Shown here: in pieces, positions 39,014 through 53,323 of the stretch
Position numbering within the stretch: the stretch's first letter is position 1
Layout: each line of letters opens with the position of its first letter
NCBI GenBank assembly: GCA_951406725.2
Contig: OX597817.1
Coordinates: forward strand, 140,554,001 to 140,618,000
DNA length: 64,000 nt
Reading direction: 5' to 3'
From: Octopus vulgaris
Taxonomy: Eukaryota
Made by a program: the position numbers and the translations under genes
The notes under the pieces: model-generated
Databases searched by the model: none
The model's input: only the letters and a program-made list of their open reading frames with translations
Told to the model about the DNA's origin: nothing

Positions 39014-40048
39014 TAAACATTATCTATGTCTATATGGAAATATTGCGACGTCACTGGTAAACTGTATCACCTTTGTCTTTCCCTTGGATAACACTGGTGG
39101 CGCGGAGAGGGGAGGCTGGTATGCATGGGAGACTGCTGGTCTTCCATAAACAACCTTGCCTGGACTTGTGTCTAGGAGGGTAACTTTCTAGGTGCAATCC
39201 CATGGTCATTCATGACCGAAGGGGATCTTTATTATGAATATATATATATACAAAGATATATTTATATATATTATCTGTATATACATGTATATATATATAC
39301 ATATATATATACACATGTATATACAGGTATATATACAAATATATCTTTGTATATTTATATATTCATAATACACTTTTTAATCTGAGGGGAGGCAATTATA
39401 TTCATAATATGCATATAATCGTATTCAGGCACATATATATGTGTATGTATGTATCTATATATATGCGTGTGTGTGTGTGTGCATATGTGTGTATGTCTGC
39501 GTACGTGTGTCTGTGTGTGTTATGTGTGTTGGTGGGGGGTGGGGCATGCACTCCATTAGCGGGTTTTCAATTATATTTTTAATTAGCCTGTATTTACACA
39601 GTTCACCCTGAAAAGCGTTTTTAGGCATAGACTGGAAATATTTTCATTTAATCTTCCACTTGGATTTACAGATAATTAAGCTGCTTTTTTAGTTTTTCTA
39701 TTATCATCAGAACGACAGGTTGCTGAACCCGAAACTCTGAGTTGCAACTAATAACAAGGAAATTCATCGAAGATTTAAACGATTTTTACATTTTATGAAA
39801 TCTCATAGTGTGAGTATATGTTAGACGAAATGCTGGATATATGTGCTACCTCGTGTTGTGTGTGTGTGTGAGTTTTTGTAGGAGGTGTTCGTGTGTGTTT
39901 GTGTGTGTGTTTGTGCATTTCTAAATCTCTTCTCTTCCTCCGCCCGATCCTCCATATTATGTATGTTTATCCAGATCACCACCTCACACGAAACCATGCT
40001 CTCAATATTAAAATATATGCTTTAGAGGATTCTAGAATATGTCATTGC

Positions 40049-40087
<39 letters not shown>

Positions 40088-40090
<3 letters not shown>

Positions 40091-41000
40091 TGTCCTGTAC
40101 TCATATATATATATGCATGTATATATACATATAGATGTAGGTATGTACATATATGTATGTATGTATGTATGCATACGTTTTATTTATTAAATTATTATTA
40201 TATGATTGAACGCCTCGCGTCAATTTCTTATTCTCCAAGTAAGTTTTTATTATAATAATTATGACGCACACTCTTAACTCTTTACTTGACCTTTCCTCCT
40301 TGCCTGTCTGTCTTCCTCTCTACCTGTCTCTCTCCTTCTCATTTTTCACCCTTTCTGGTTTCTTCCCCCCTCTCTCTCTCTCTCTCACTCCTCCTCCTCT
40401 CTCTCTCTCTCTCTCCTCCTCTCTCTGGCCGCTGACCGGACTACTAAACTTTCTTTCTGCCCGCTGCTTTCAACAAGTCAACACCGACTTTCTCCTGTCT
40501 TCCGCAAGTCCATCTTCAGAATGCGTTCCAACGAATTTTTCCACCGTCTAGGCTTAAAAAAAGCCCTTATTGTTGGTTTCCTTGTCCTGTTTTTATTCTT
40601 TATGTGTACTGTTTTTTTAATCATTTGTATTGCTTTTACGTCCTGTTCTTTTCACTTTTTTTACCCTCTGCAAAAGAATTTTATTTAATTCATTTTGCAG
40701 GAAGGACTGCTTCGGCCGGATCGTGTTCTGCCCTTACCTTCGAAACACGCATTGAGTCGAACCAGGGGCAGCTGATGAAGGGGAATATTCCTTGTATTGT
40801 TTGTCTTGTACTCTGTTTTTTCGTTGTTAAAAAAAGTCCGTTTCCTTGTTTGATATGTTTTCGTTTCTCGTTGTGTTCTACGTTTATTTGTGGTGTCCTG
40901 TACTCATATATATATATGCATGTATATATACAAATTGATGTAGGTATGTACATATATATATGTATGTATGCATATGTTTTATTTATTAAATTGTTATATA
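40088..41000 (+). mobile_element. Non-coding element with about 110-bp direct terminal repeats (PLE-like architecture)
   Basis: tggtgtcctgtactcatat...ttttatttattaaatt at 40088-40200 and 40891-40998; the same terminus recurs at 57661-57849. Confidence 0.6.
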
Positions 41001-41322
41001 TATATATATATATATATATCAACAATATTGAGCTCACATACACAAGGTATGTTTTGCGAGTTCGTGAACTTTGAATTTAACTAATTTTGGATCGCCTTGA
41101 AAAGGTTGTTTTAGCATGTATTTTCGGATATTTTCATTTGAGTGATACTTTCCGTATCTAAATATGCTAATGCAACTGAAACGATAGTCAGTTATGTATG
41201 CTGAAGTCAACAGTTACAGATGTGATTTTCTTATCCGTGCCTTTGTTATATGTACACGCGCACACATACATACATACATACAGTCATACATACAGATGTA
41301 TGTATGTATGTATGTATGTATG

Positions 41323-41351
<29 letters not shown>

Positions 41352-41353
<2 letters not shown>

Positions 41354-41812
41354 GCTTCTTGGTGAGGAGGGTGTTTATTGGACACCCTGCAGGATGAAAA
41401 ACAGAACCCGTCAAAGGGCAGAGGAACACTTGAGAGTCAACGGCCATCCAGTAAATGTCTTAAGGCTGTATCATGCGCGGGGACATAGAAATAATCGGAC
41501 TGAATACCCGATCGCGCGGTTAAACCATTGGGAGTGAAGGACTCCTAGCCCTTGTTAGGCCATCCTTCTAGGAGAAGGTAACTCAGGTAACTGGGATAAC
41601 TCTGACATAAAAGCTGCGGCTCAGTGGTTACCGATGATGTTGACTTGTTCTTCTTTTCGGATTATGGCTGCTATTGCTTAGTGAGTAGGATTGACTCAGT
41701 GCACAGCCTTTCCTCGCTTTAAAAACAAATCTTCTTGCACAGACATTGCACGATATCAGCATTGATTAAGCTTCGTGCAATGGTCATACTCGATAACGAG
41801 GGGGCAGCCACC
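41352..41812 (+). mobile_element. Second, left-truncated copy of repeat D in (TATG)n
   Basis: Aligns with 2359-2819. Confidence 0.85.
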
Positions 41813-42480
41813 ATGTATGTATGTATGTATGTATGTATGTAAGGACAAAAAACGTACATATGTTTACATATAGAAAGGTCTGACTTTCACAGAATAGAAA
41901 TGATATCAGGAATTAAAGGGTTTGAATACGAGTTTTACGAGTCCAACAGATATTTCTAGACGCTCGGACAACCACGTCCAGTCTATCACGTGGGCTCGTG
42001 AAGCATGTTTTGGAGTCAACCATCACAAGGGATTCCATGGAGAAGACGGCCACATTTTTTTTTGTTGTTTTGTTTTGTTTTTTTAGGGATATCCTATCAA
42101 AGTATGTTTGTATTGTTCACTAGTAAGTATCATATGTTATCTCCTTGTTGCCGGGAGTTGCTGGTGTTGTAAACAGATTTATGAAATAGAAACCGATGAT
42201 ATATCGATAAAGAAATGCCACCAGATTTCTGGAATATGATGAAAATTATCGATTTTCTTAGCCACACCATCAGTAGCTGTTCAGGATGTCAATATGGTTC
42301 TATTTCTTACAAAGCGTTGATGTAGCAAAACGAAGAAAAACAAAGTTAAAATAGATATATAATGTTGTTGGTAGAAACGACGAGATTTACAGCGCCATTG
42401 ACGTTGGATAGGTTTTCGAAAATAAAGAATATTCATTTAGCATTCCACTAAGGTCTCTCTCTCTCTCTCTCTTTCCCTCC

Positions 42481-42519
<39 letters not shown>

Positions 42520-43149
42520 TCTCTCTCTCCCCATCTCTCTCTCTCTCTTTCTTTTTCCCTCTCTCTCTTTCTACTGTGAACCACATTGACAGTTTTTCTG
42601 GAAACAACAACAGTGAGAACCACATTCGTTGTTGTAAAGATTATCGTTCTCACCTAAAGTGTAATTTTAAAACAATTATAGATTTGATTATCTAAAGTGT
42701 TTTTTAACCTTATTAGAAATAATCACGGAAGGACGAGGACGAACTATTAGAGATTAGCTGACACTATTCTCTTTCCCCCTCTCTCTCCATTTGGTTGAGC
42801 ATATAAGAGAGAGAATTCCGATTGCTTCTGTGTCGTAGTCTTCATCACCAGATATACATTGCTTACTGGAACCATATTGACCAGTTTGTAATATAATGGC
42901 TCCCAGAGTATATTTGAGAAAGTGAGTATTACTATAATTTCACCAGAGTATACTTTGGCCGTTAATTGTTGACACTGTAGTAACTAACTCACTATAGAGA
43001 ATGTTTTATAGAATATAAAAGTATATAATGTATATTCTGTATAACAATATAGCGTATATTATGTACATAGTGCAGCTATATGGAGAATAATTCACCATTT
43101 ACTTAATGGAATTGTAATAACAAGTTTAGTCTATATATCGTCTATATAT

Positions 43150-43748
43150 GTGTGCTACCAGTGGAAAGCTCCGCATACCAGAAGCCAGCAAGTGTATGGG
43201 GCCATCAGGAGAAAATGTGTATATTCGTACAAATTCTCCAACAACCACTTCTATCTCTTTCCCGAAGTATGACAAAAAAAAAAACGAATCCTGCTTCCAC
43301 ACATATGGCTTTCCAGCAGCAGCTCTTTGCAGCTAGGGACTTACCACAGTCTCTAGCAGCTTCACATAGCCTACTGAATATAAGGCCTTGTTCAAAGATG
43401 TGAAGATAAATTCTTGCATGAGGGCACGTGTCCCATCCTGCTGGCCACAGCTTCGTAGTCTCCATTACAGCAGTACATGTCACGCTTTACAGCCTTTACA
43501 GTGTTTACAGAGCATTGAGCAGCAGTCATGATGTTGGCATTTTGATATCAGGCGCGAATCGCAATTGATACAGTTAAGTCTTTTTATAATGTTCCGATGC
43601 CTTCAAGTCCCCCAAGTTGGCAAACTTTTCTCAACTACATCTTTAATCTTTATACTCTCCAACGCCATCGACTGCTTGCTAATACATCAAGCTGATCCTG
43701 AAAAGAAGGAAACATAACAATCGTAAAATTTATTCCGAACACCTTGTA
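43150..43748 (-). mobile_element. Possible highly degraded Tc1/mariner-superfamily relic
   Basis: TA|CAAGGTGTTCGGAATAAA end on the minus strand and an HTH-like remnant IAIRA*YQNANIMTAAQCSVNTVKAVK. Confidence 0.35.
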
Positions 43749-43904
43749 TGGAGGACACCATCAACATTACTTTGTGACATTGAAGTAAATAATGTTATGT
43801 AAAGCGTATAACTATACAGTGTATAAGCAAGAAGTACAAACAGAGTACAAGAGAAGTTTGCAGTTAATCAGGGTGATGTTCAATGAAGAATGGAAAGAGT
43901 AAAA

Positions 43905-43940
43905 GCAGAACGTTTCGGACATCGACCCTTTTTCAGATAT
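43905..43940 (-). ncRNA. Degenerate minimal hammerhead motif
   Basis: Minus: CTGAAAA A GGG TCGATG TCC GAAA CGT T; G8 lost and stem I not recognisable. Confidence 0.4.
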
Positions 43941-44182
43941 TAGAAGAAAGTCTAGGAGAAGCAAAGAAAGGGCGGAAACGAAATATAAAAGAGAGCCCAG
44001 AAAAATGCACGTGGGTTTGATATAAACTAACGATATAAAGTATAATCATATGGAGTATATATGCTGAGTACAACTACGAAGAGAATGACATCATCATTGG
44101 TTATTGAAGTAACAACTTACGATACCGAAAGTTTTCTGGGAAATATCGAACGATACGAGAAGTGTGATAAATGATTTAACCA

Positions 44183-44490
44183 TGAAGGCGCGTGTCTTAA
44201 TGGCTTGAGTATTCGGCTCACGATCAAAATATTGCGAGTTCCATTCCAGCGGTACGTTGCGTCCTTTATTTCACGTAGTGCCAGTTCCCTCGGCTGGCAA
44301 AACTACGTTGTACTTTTAATTCACAGGACCGGCCTTGCCACATACTATGTCACGCTGATTCTCTCAGAGAACAGCGCTAAAGGTATGCGTGTCTGCGGAG
44401 TGCTCAGCCACTTACATTAATTTTACGAGCAGGCTGTTCCAATGATGGGATCAACTGGAACCCTCGACGTCGTAACCGATGGACGGCGAA
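44183..44490 (+). mobile_element. tRNA-derived SINE, tail shared with 11287-11666
   Basis: gtcacgctgattctc...gagtgctcagccact...cgagcaggctgttcc...gatcaactggaac...cgtcgtaaccga. Confidence 0.75.
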
Positions 44491-47312
44491 ATCATAAGGG
44501 GCAGATAAAGCACAAGCTTAAAGAATAAATCTCTGGGGCTGGTTATTTCCAAGTAAATAATGTCTTCTTTAAGATGATTTGTGAAGAATTGCAAAGTTGA
44601 ACCATTAATAGAATATACTGCCAATGCTCTCTCAGATATATAACGGACTCTCATAGCAAAAATGTTTCTCAAGAGCAAAAAGTTTCGTCCCAGCAGTGAA
44701 TTTTCCCTTGTGTTGAAATTTCAAATTATTGGTTTCTGTTACTACTTCAAGGAAACAAACTTATGTGGAGAGTGCTGTCATCGATCGCATAGATTTCTTT
44801 ATAATTACTGGCATCGATTTTATCAGTTCAGAGAGGACTGTAGGGTAAAGACGTCCTCTATAAGAACGTAAAGAGATATAACATAATATAAGATATTTTC
44901 TTCGGCATGTTAGAGATGTTGTCATCAAAACGATGTTATAAGGAGAAGTCAAGTATCAAAACCTCAATTGCAATGGCATCGCAAAAAAATCACAGCTTTC
45001 AGAAACTTTACCAACTTTCTACAGAGGAAGTGCCTTAATGATACAATATTTCAACAAGTATTTCAAGGTGCCATAAAGTTAACAATTATATTACATTTTC
45101 GAGATGAATGAGGTTTAATATAGCTCAAGAATCAGTCAGTGGTTGTTGTTAATCTGAGAAACAGGCCTGTCTTAAATGAAAGCAATTTTTTTGTTCAGTT
45201 TCATTCTTCCTGTCCGATATTGCCTTTTCTATTGAGAGTACCACATAATCTTGTTTTTAACTCATGAAGCGTGCATTGAAACCCTGATCGGGTGCCACGT
45301 TGTGGATTTTAGAGATGCCCATTTTCCCAGAACTACTTTGAGAAAACGGAATTTTCTTGTGGCAGATTCCAGGCTGTCTTTTAGATATAATCATGCATCG
45401 TTGATTATAAACAGTTTGATTTTAATGTGAAAACACATAAACGTTCCAGTTAAGGGGGATAACTAACTAATTATATGACTAGTTCAATGTCTTCCCATAA
45501 TAGCTTCCAGTTTAATAGTCTTAATGTCATTGAACTAAACTGAATCTTAGGCGTGCCATAGTTTTCAGAGATGAAATCGAACCACCTTTGGCAAACAATC
45601 GGATGTCTTGAAGTTCAGTTTATGAGAAATGGTGTGAAAAGAAAAATTAGCTTCTTTGACGACATCAAGAAGATCTAATTTAATTCTTCCTGACTTTTTA
45701 AGAAAGTATTTAATCGTGACAAACTAGGAACAACATTTGCTTTGTGTTTTTGAGATTTCAAATGATCTTTTATATACGACCTACATCCTTAGGACACACA
45801 GAACTTAGCAAAAAGTTATCACATTTTACTCTGCCGGCACAAAGGGATTTTTGTGTTGTTTTTCTTTTGTTTTTTGTTTTTAAATGTGTAAGCCTTCTTC
45901 AGTTCTTCCGTAAATATGTATTTAGTTTTCGGTTGTGTAAACATAAATCAAATTTTTTAAATGGAAATATTTATGAAATATCAAAGTAAAACGAAATATA
46001 AAATATGTATTACAGTTGGTTTGTTCTGGGATGGTATATGTTCCTGTAAATGTGTGTGAAGGAAAAGGGAATAAAACATTGTTGTCAAAATCGAGCAGTT
46101 CTCTGTGGCTTGGTTACGACCATGTAAAAGATAAAAGAAAGGATAAAAGATAAAAGAAAAACAGAGTAAGAGAAATGTTTCAGTCAGTTGTCGGCGGTAA
46201 GTTCTACCGGTTCTTCTAGCTATGTTGATGAATTGTCTGTGGCACAGTCGGCAGTCTGTCTCAATTTTTCTTGTAACAATGTCTTACATAGGTCGTAATA
46301 TTATCAGTTATTAATGTGTGAACGGGTGAAAGTTCAGAGAATTCCATTGTTTTTCGCATCCCATGGGAATTTCCTCTAACCAACTGGTTTTTCTGGAGAC
46401 CATCTGTATTCATTTTTGCTTTTTTCTTTTATTCGATCGAAAGAACAGTTCTGAATATTATGGTTTATGCGTATGAGTGAAGCAGAAGGTTTTAATTTCA
46501 AATCCTCTTTGGATTATTGCTCCAGGTGTTTCATAATACACTAAGAAAACAAATAGACATCAATACCTAGCGACATTTCTGACAAGCCAAGATAAAAATC
46601 AAAAGAAATAAAATTTTTCCAGATTTCCTTAAAACCGGGACATTATCTCAAATGACAACATTAATAAACTAGGATGTTCGATGACCCATTCTTAACACAA
46701 ATTCATAAGGTTTTTTTAAATACTACCAGAGACATATTCGTCACTATATTATAGGTTATTATCTGATCACTATCTCTCCTTATATTTCTATCAATTTCTT
46801 CCTCAATATACTCACTTCAAAATAACCAAAACTCCCGTCTCCAGCATTTTTTCCACCCCTTAACATTTTCCTAAAATCTTTCTTCATTACTGACTTCCTT
46901 AATGAGTTGTCCTGTACTCTCCAGCAGTCTTTTTCTCGCGACCTAAAAGTACCCGACTTCACCCAACAGTCAGACAATATCGATCCCTTAACCCCTTACA
47001 ATTATCATATTAAAAGGCTTTCTTTCGTCCTGTTATAAATTCATCGGCCTCCAAAGAATTCGTTTCTATTAAGACTTCGTCCTCATCGTTGAGTGGCAAC
47101 TCCACCAAACCATAATTTATCTCTCACACTAAGCAGAGATACCATCCCTATAGTAATGACGCCGCCCACTCATTGACGTACACCAAAACAATTTCACTAT
47201 CACAATAACCTCATTAGAAACAATCTCGCAAAATCATTATTATATTCTCTTTCTCATTCTCAGTCTCTCTCTCTTTCTTTATCTAGTATTCTCTTCCCTT
47301 TTTCCCTCTCTT

Positions 47313-47353
<41 letters not shown>

Positions 47354-48493
47354 CTTTCTCAATGTCTCTCCCATGTTCTCTGACCACAACCTTCTGTTGT
47401 ATTGTTTCCTCAACGTCACGTTCACAACAATCTCGCCCGCCTCAGACCCTGTCCAACCTACTTATCAAACTCCAATACATACATACACACGCACACACAC
47501 ACACTTATGTACACAGACGCTCGCGTCACAGACATTCGCACACCCACACACAACACTCAAACACACACACACACACACTTACACACATACACAGTCTGTT
47601 CCTCACAAAATGCGATGCACTTCACGCATTATTATAATAAATAACCCTAAAAACACCAAGAACAATACCAAATTCCCCATGTGAGATAAACTACAGGAAT
47701 AGAGTAACGACATAATGGAGCTTCTTTTTATCTCTGTAAAGATCTGCCTGCTCCACAACAAACAGGCGAGCTTTGTAAGCCTAAAAACCAGTTGACCCAA
47801 GAGCAATAATACCATAATAAATGGCACTAATGCTTGTCAAGAGACAAACCATTCTAGTTTCCTTCAACAACAAAAACACTATTTCTATTGAACTCTAACT
47901 GACGTCTCCAGTTCCCAATCAATAAACGATTAGTTTATTGGCCAATCCTGACTTGGCAATTTTTTAAATTTTTGTTTTTCGTCTTTTTGTTTATGGTTTT
48001 GTCTCTCTTCCTTTATGCTTTCTTTTTTTTTTCTCTCCTTCTGTTACACATCACCGCTCTGCTTCCATGCTTGGCCTCTTTCGTACGATATTTCTGCAAC
48101 CACGGCCAGCAGACAGTTCTTCATTTGTACGGTAACTGGTCATAAATCTTGCCACAATCTAACTTCACTCTGCTCTGAATTCATTCGCTTTCCATACTAC
48201 AAGCTGTTTATTTTGCCACCCACATCCGACCATTCTTGCTTCTCAATAGAAATCAACCAAAAAGAAAAAGAAAAAAAAATGAATTTGTTTTCTTTTTTCT
48301 TTTTCTTTTTTTCCTTTTGTGTTTGGTCTCTGTTTCCAACCTTTGTTCTTTGGTAAACCGAAACTGGTGAATAGGTATTTCTGCAATAGTTTATCAGACA
48401 CAGACTCACAGACGTGTGTGTGTGTGTCCTGGATAAGTATTAAGTAAAAACGACAGGAAAATAATAGGACAATCCGGATACGCTCGTCGGCGA

Positions 48494-48500
48494 TATATAT

Positions 48501-48532
<32 letters not shown>

Positions 48533-48561
48533 GTGTGTGTGTATGTGTGTGTATTTATATA

Positions 48562-48621
<60 letters not shown>

Positions 48622-48872
48622 GACACGCACATACATACACACACACATATATATATATATATACATATATACATACATACACACATATATATATATATAT
48701 ATATACATACATACACATATAAAGATATATATATATATATATATATACATACACATATTTATATATACATATATATATACATACACATATATAAATACAC
48801 ACACATACATATATATATATATGATGATATATCCACATATACATACACACACATCTCTCTCTCTCTCTCTCT

Positions 48873-48915
<43 letters not shown>
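48494..48915. repeat. Compound TA/CA/CT microsatellite
   Basis: Directly visible. Confidence 0.95.
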
Positions 48916-48917
<2 letters not shown>

Positions 48918-49492
48918 CCTACAACAATTTGTCTGAAGTGTTGCCTATTATTTTTATGCATCAAGTTTTACATGAACTTATTTACATATGTTTTATCCAC
49001 GAACTTTTATGGAGTAACTTTTGCCGACATACCCCGCCACCATCCATAACTTGCACTGCCTCCGAACTTTTCTGTGTGCTTCTATAAGACATCGTCATCA
49101 TCATCATCTCGAAAAATCTCGTATTATTTCAATTTTTTGTGAGTTTTGTGTCCTCAGCCATCCGTTTCAAGAAACACAAATGCGCGGTAAGGATTTCAAA
49201 CTAAGTTTGCAGCAGCCTAACATCTCAGAGCGTTTATTTTGTCCATTAGTCTCTTGAACTAATAATGTAAACAACTTCTCACTTCAACAGAGTTCGCAAC
49301 GTTGATTGGAACGAAATTCGTCACGTACTTAGGACGGGACAGCAAGGTCGAGAATCGGCCATTGAATTCATTGCTTTATCTCTAACACTAATAATTTGTA
49401 AGCAATGTATGAACGCCACGAATGCTCATATTTCGGATTTAGCTGCTTAGTGCCTAAACAGTTACTATTATTACTACTATTGCTTCTGCTGA

Positions 49493-49850
49493 TGTTGAGC
49501 GTAGCAGTCTTCTGTAGTGAGAGAAGTCCGAAACGTGGTCCTTTGCTATTCGTAAGACCCGCAGAAGAGAAAGCAGATCAATCCCCGACACCGAGAGCAC
49601 CGACGGATGGATGAATACGCATCCAGGTTCAGCGGTTGCGTAGGAAGTCGGGGACAAGAAACAAGAAGAAAGAATGAGAGAAAGTTGGGGCGAAAGAGTA
49701 CAACAGGGGTCGCCACCACCCCCAGCCGGAGCGTCGTGGAGCTTTAGGTGTTTTCGCTCAATAAACACACACAACGCCCGGTCTGGGAATCGAAACCGCG
49801 ATCCTCCGACCGCGAGCCCGCTGCCCTAACCACTGGGCCATTGCGCCTCC
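49493..49850 (-). mobile_element. SINE family A
   Basis: Homologous to 4345-4715. Confidence 0.92.
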
Positions 49851-49878
49851 TGCTTCTGCTAATGCATGTAGTGGCGGC

Positions 49879-49918
<40 letters not shown>

Positions 49919-50344
49919 CGCTACTATAGGATTGAAGCTATAAGGAATCTTCTACATGGTTGTTTAGTTTGCAAGAAATAGCAAGTTAATCTCCCTCAAA
50001 ACACTTTCTCTTGTCTTATATTTGATATTGTAGTCCAATATACCTTTAACAAAGTTAATTGTCATGGCTGGAACGCTTTATCTTATATATCTCTTCGATC
50101 ACAGTTTATCAAAAGTATACTTACTGGCTTTGTAGAGGATGTAGCTTCTGGCGTGCTCCCCCTCCCAACGGGATGGCCACATCATCCAAATATTTCTCCG
50201 CTCAACCCTTACTGTCGGAAGAAAAGGAGGGCATTTTGGATAATGGGGTCTTGATATTTTGTGGGATGAGGGGGTAAGGGCCATCGATTTGAGACCAGCT
50301 GTGGTGCTAATATGGTGATGATGTTTATTTGAAGCAGCAGAAGT

Positions 50345-50740
50345 GGAGGTGCAATTGCCAATGGTTAGGGCAACGGACGCGCGGTCGGGGGATCGCGGTT
50401 TCGATTCCCAGACCGGGCGTTGTGTGCGTTTATTGAGCGAAAACACCCAAAGCTCCACGATCTCTGGCAGGGGCTGGTGGCGACCCCTGTTGTACTCTTT
50501 CGCTCCAACATTCTCTCACTCTTTCTTCCTGTTTCTTGTCCCCGACTTCCTACGCAACCGCTGAGCCTGGATACGCATTTATCCATCCGTCGATGCTCTC
50601 GGTGTCGGGGGTTGACCTGCTTTCTCCTCTGCGGGTCTTACGAATAGCAAAGAACCACGTTTCGGACTTCTCCCACTACAGAGGTGCGATCTTGCGAGAT
50701 CTGGGACGAAGACCGCTTTGCTCAACAGCAACAGCTGCAG
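50345..50740 (+). mobile_element. SINE family A, full length
   Basis: ggaggtgcaattgccaatggttaggg...ggtttcgattccc head and CAG/CAA tail. Confidence 0.92.
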
Positions 50741-51091
50741 CAGTTGTAGTAGTAGTAATAATAGGAGGTTGGTTTCTCTCTCTCTCTTTCCCTCCCTCTC
50801 TCTGTACTCTTCAATCAGATGATCCCCTCCGTCGTCAACACCGACTCCTACGTCCGTGGTTGAGGACGGACACACGACCTCCACTGAAATAAATCCGTGT
50901 CTCTATAAATCTATCGGAATTTATTGATAGCAGCATGGCAGCCAACGTAGCAGTATATTATCAATCAAATGATTTATCACTGTGCCAATAAACTGATCAA
51001 ATATTAAGGTTTACCACAGAATATTTCGTACAAGCAAAACGTATTCTTTTTGTTTTTAAACTGCCATTACGGATTGCTAGGCAAAGAGATT

Positions 51092-51172
<81 letters not shown>

Positions 51173-51429
51173 CAGAAATACATATTCATGGTTGCTCCGC
51201 TCGTTGTTTTACAAGAACAATCTTGGAAGTTTCGGATTTTAATAATGGTTTTATGATGATGGTGGTGATGATGGTGGTGGTAGTAGTTTTGTAGTACACA
51301 GACTACATACATTAAACGTTTACGAGGAAAGGAGTAACTGACTTCGAGGTTTAAACCTGCTAACCGACGACAGGCGGTACATTTGGCTTTCATTTGGGTT
51401 CATTTGGCTTTCATTTTGTCGTTGGCAAG

Positions 51430-51808
51430 TTGTTGTTGCTGTTGCTGTTGAACGAACGGTCTTCGTCCTAGAGCTCGCAAGATGGGAGAAGTCCGAAACG
51501 TGGTCCTTTGCTATTCGTAAGACCCGCAGAAGAGAAAGCAGGTCAACCCCCGACACCGAGAGCATCGACAGATGTATGAATACGCATCCAGGCTCAGCGG
51601 TTGCGTAGGAAGTCGGGGACAAGAATCAGGAAGAAAGAGTGAGAGAAAGTTGGAGCGAAAGAGTACAACAGGGGTCGCCACCAGCCTCTGCCGGAACCAC
51701 GTGGAGCTTTAGGTGTTGTCGCTCAATAAACACACACAACGCCCGGTCTGGGAATCGAAATCGCGATCCTCCGACTGCGAGTCCGCTGCCCTAACCATTG
51801 CACCTCCA
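51430..51808 (-). mobile_element. SINE family A
   Basis: Homologous to 50345-50740 in reverse. Confidence 0.92.
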
Positions 51809-52139
51809 TTGTTGTTGTTGTTCTGGTGTAGGTGGGACTATGTGAAGTGTTTATTAGATGTGGTGCATGTAGGCCTGAGGGGTAGGTCTATAGGGTGGGA
51901 GATAGAAGAGAATCGACGAAAGAATGTTTGTAAGACTTGGGTTGATAGAAACATGTTGCCGAACGATTTCACATAGAGATATGACATTTTCAGGTTAATA
52001 TGTCTATTCGGCCTTCTGTTTTTAGGTTGTCGCCTGTTTCGAAGTCACTATCACCTATTCTTGTAAAAGTTTAATGAATATATACACTATAGGCGCAGGA
52101 GGGTTGTGTGGTAAGTAGCTTGCATACGAACCACATAGT

Positions 52140-53022
52140 ACCATCTTTCCTCCAAACATGGCTACGCGAATTTCGTCCAAACAATTCAGTTTTCGACTCG
52201 TCTGTCCATAGAACATTTTCCCAGAATGTATCAGATTTATCTTTATGTTCATAAACAAATTTTAAACGGGTATCTCTATGCCTTTTAGACAACAGTGGAG
52301 TTTTTCTAGGAGAGCGTGACTTCAGTTCATTCCTATGAAGTTCATTGCTGATTGTTAGTAGTGTAACATTAGTCCCTGAAGCTAACACATCTTCTAGCAA
52401 CTCCTTTCTGGTGATCATTGCATTTTTTCTTTTTTCGATTCTTCGCTTCATTTTTCTTAAAGACCAGGGAAAATCTTGCATGGTGCACCGGATCTTATTC
52501 TGTTTTCAACAGTTCCCGATTTTTTTTATATCTTTGAATAAATGAAGATATGGTAGAAAATGGAATACGAAGGACTCTGATATTTTCCTGTAACTTTTAC
52601 TTTCTTTCCACTGTTCAATAATTAAGTTTTCCACTGAATTTCTGAGTTCTTTACTTTTCGCCATTATTACGATACTACTTTATGTTGTCTCAGTGCTGAA
52701 TGAAGCTAGCGTTTTGACACTTAAAAATGACAACTGATAAGATTATTGGAACACACGAGAAAGTTCTAGTAAAAAGAAAATTATTTTAACAGTATTTTGT
52801 GGCATAGAAAATCATAAATTTATTCTGTACGAATACTTTTTTCACCCCTAAATATTTATAATTGTTTATAAGTTCATTAGTTACTATAATTTATTAGTTT
52901 CTTTTGCATATTCTTAGTTTATGCATGTGTATGCAAATATAGTATTGGTATATCCCATTTATGTTCATTAGAAATTAAATAAATAAAGAATTTTGACATG
53001 TACGAATATTTATTTCCACCTA

Positions 53023-53025
<3 letters not shown>
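52140..53025 (-). mobile_element. Tc1-family DNA transposon, 5' half (IR/DR-type terminus), frameshifted transposase
   Basis: TA|CAGTAGGTGGAAATAAATATTCGTACA end; ATG at 52664 MAKSKEL...; SPRKTPLLSKRHRDTRLKF...FWENVLWTDESKTELFG...VWRK. Confidence 0.92.
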
Positions 53026-53095
<70 letters not shown>

Positions 53096-53288
53096 TTTCT
53101 AAGTCTCTCTAAAGGAGACTACCGTCAGCGATAACTATTAATATATATATGTTTGAGGAATGCTGTTTATATATATATAGTTAATAAAAAAAAAAAAACG
53201 AAGACAAAACACAAGGCAAAAAACAACAACACGAGATCATGGTACATGCAAAGCATTAATATGACGCTCAAGGAAAGAAAGAATGGTA

Positions 53289-53323
53289 GTTTTACGTTTT
53301 GAGCAAGGCTCTTCTTCAGAAAC
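53289..53323 (-). ncRNA. Minimal hammerhead motif (G12 to A)
   Basis: Minus: GTTT CTGAAGA A GAGC CTT GCTC AAAA CGT A AAAC. Confidence 0.6.

Noticed and set aside
37966-39746. Half-hammerheads at 37966-38000 (GGCC..GGCC GAAA) and 39704-39746 (GGTT..AACCC GAAA CTCTGAGT)
   Set aside because: CUGANGA box missing or garbled; possibly relics but not supportable.
53093-53130. Minus-strand CTGACGG plus AGTCTC/GAGACT hairpin plus GAAA
   Set aside because: No stem III or cleavage triplet; runs into (TA)n.
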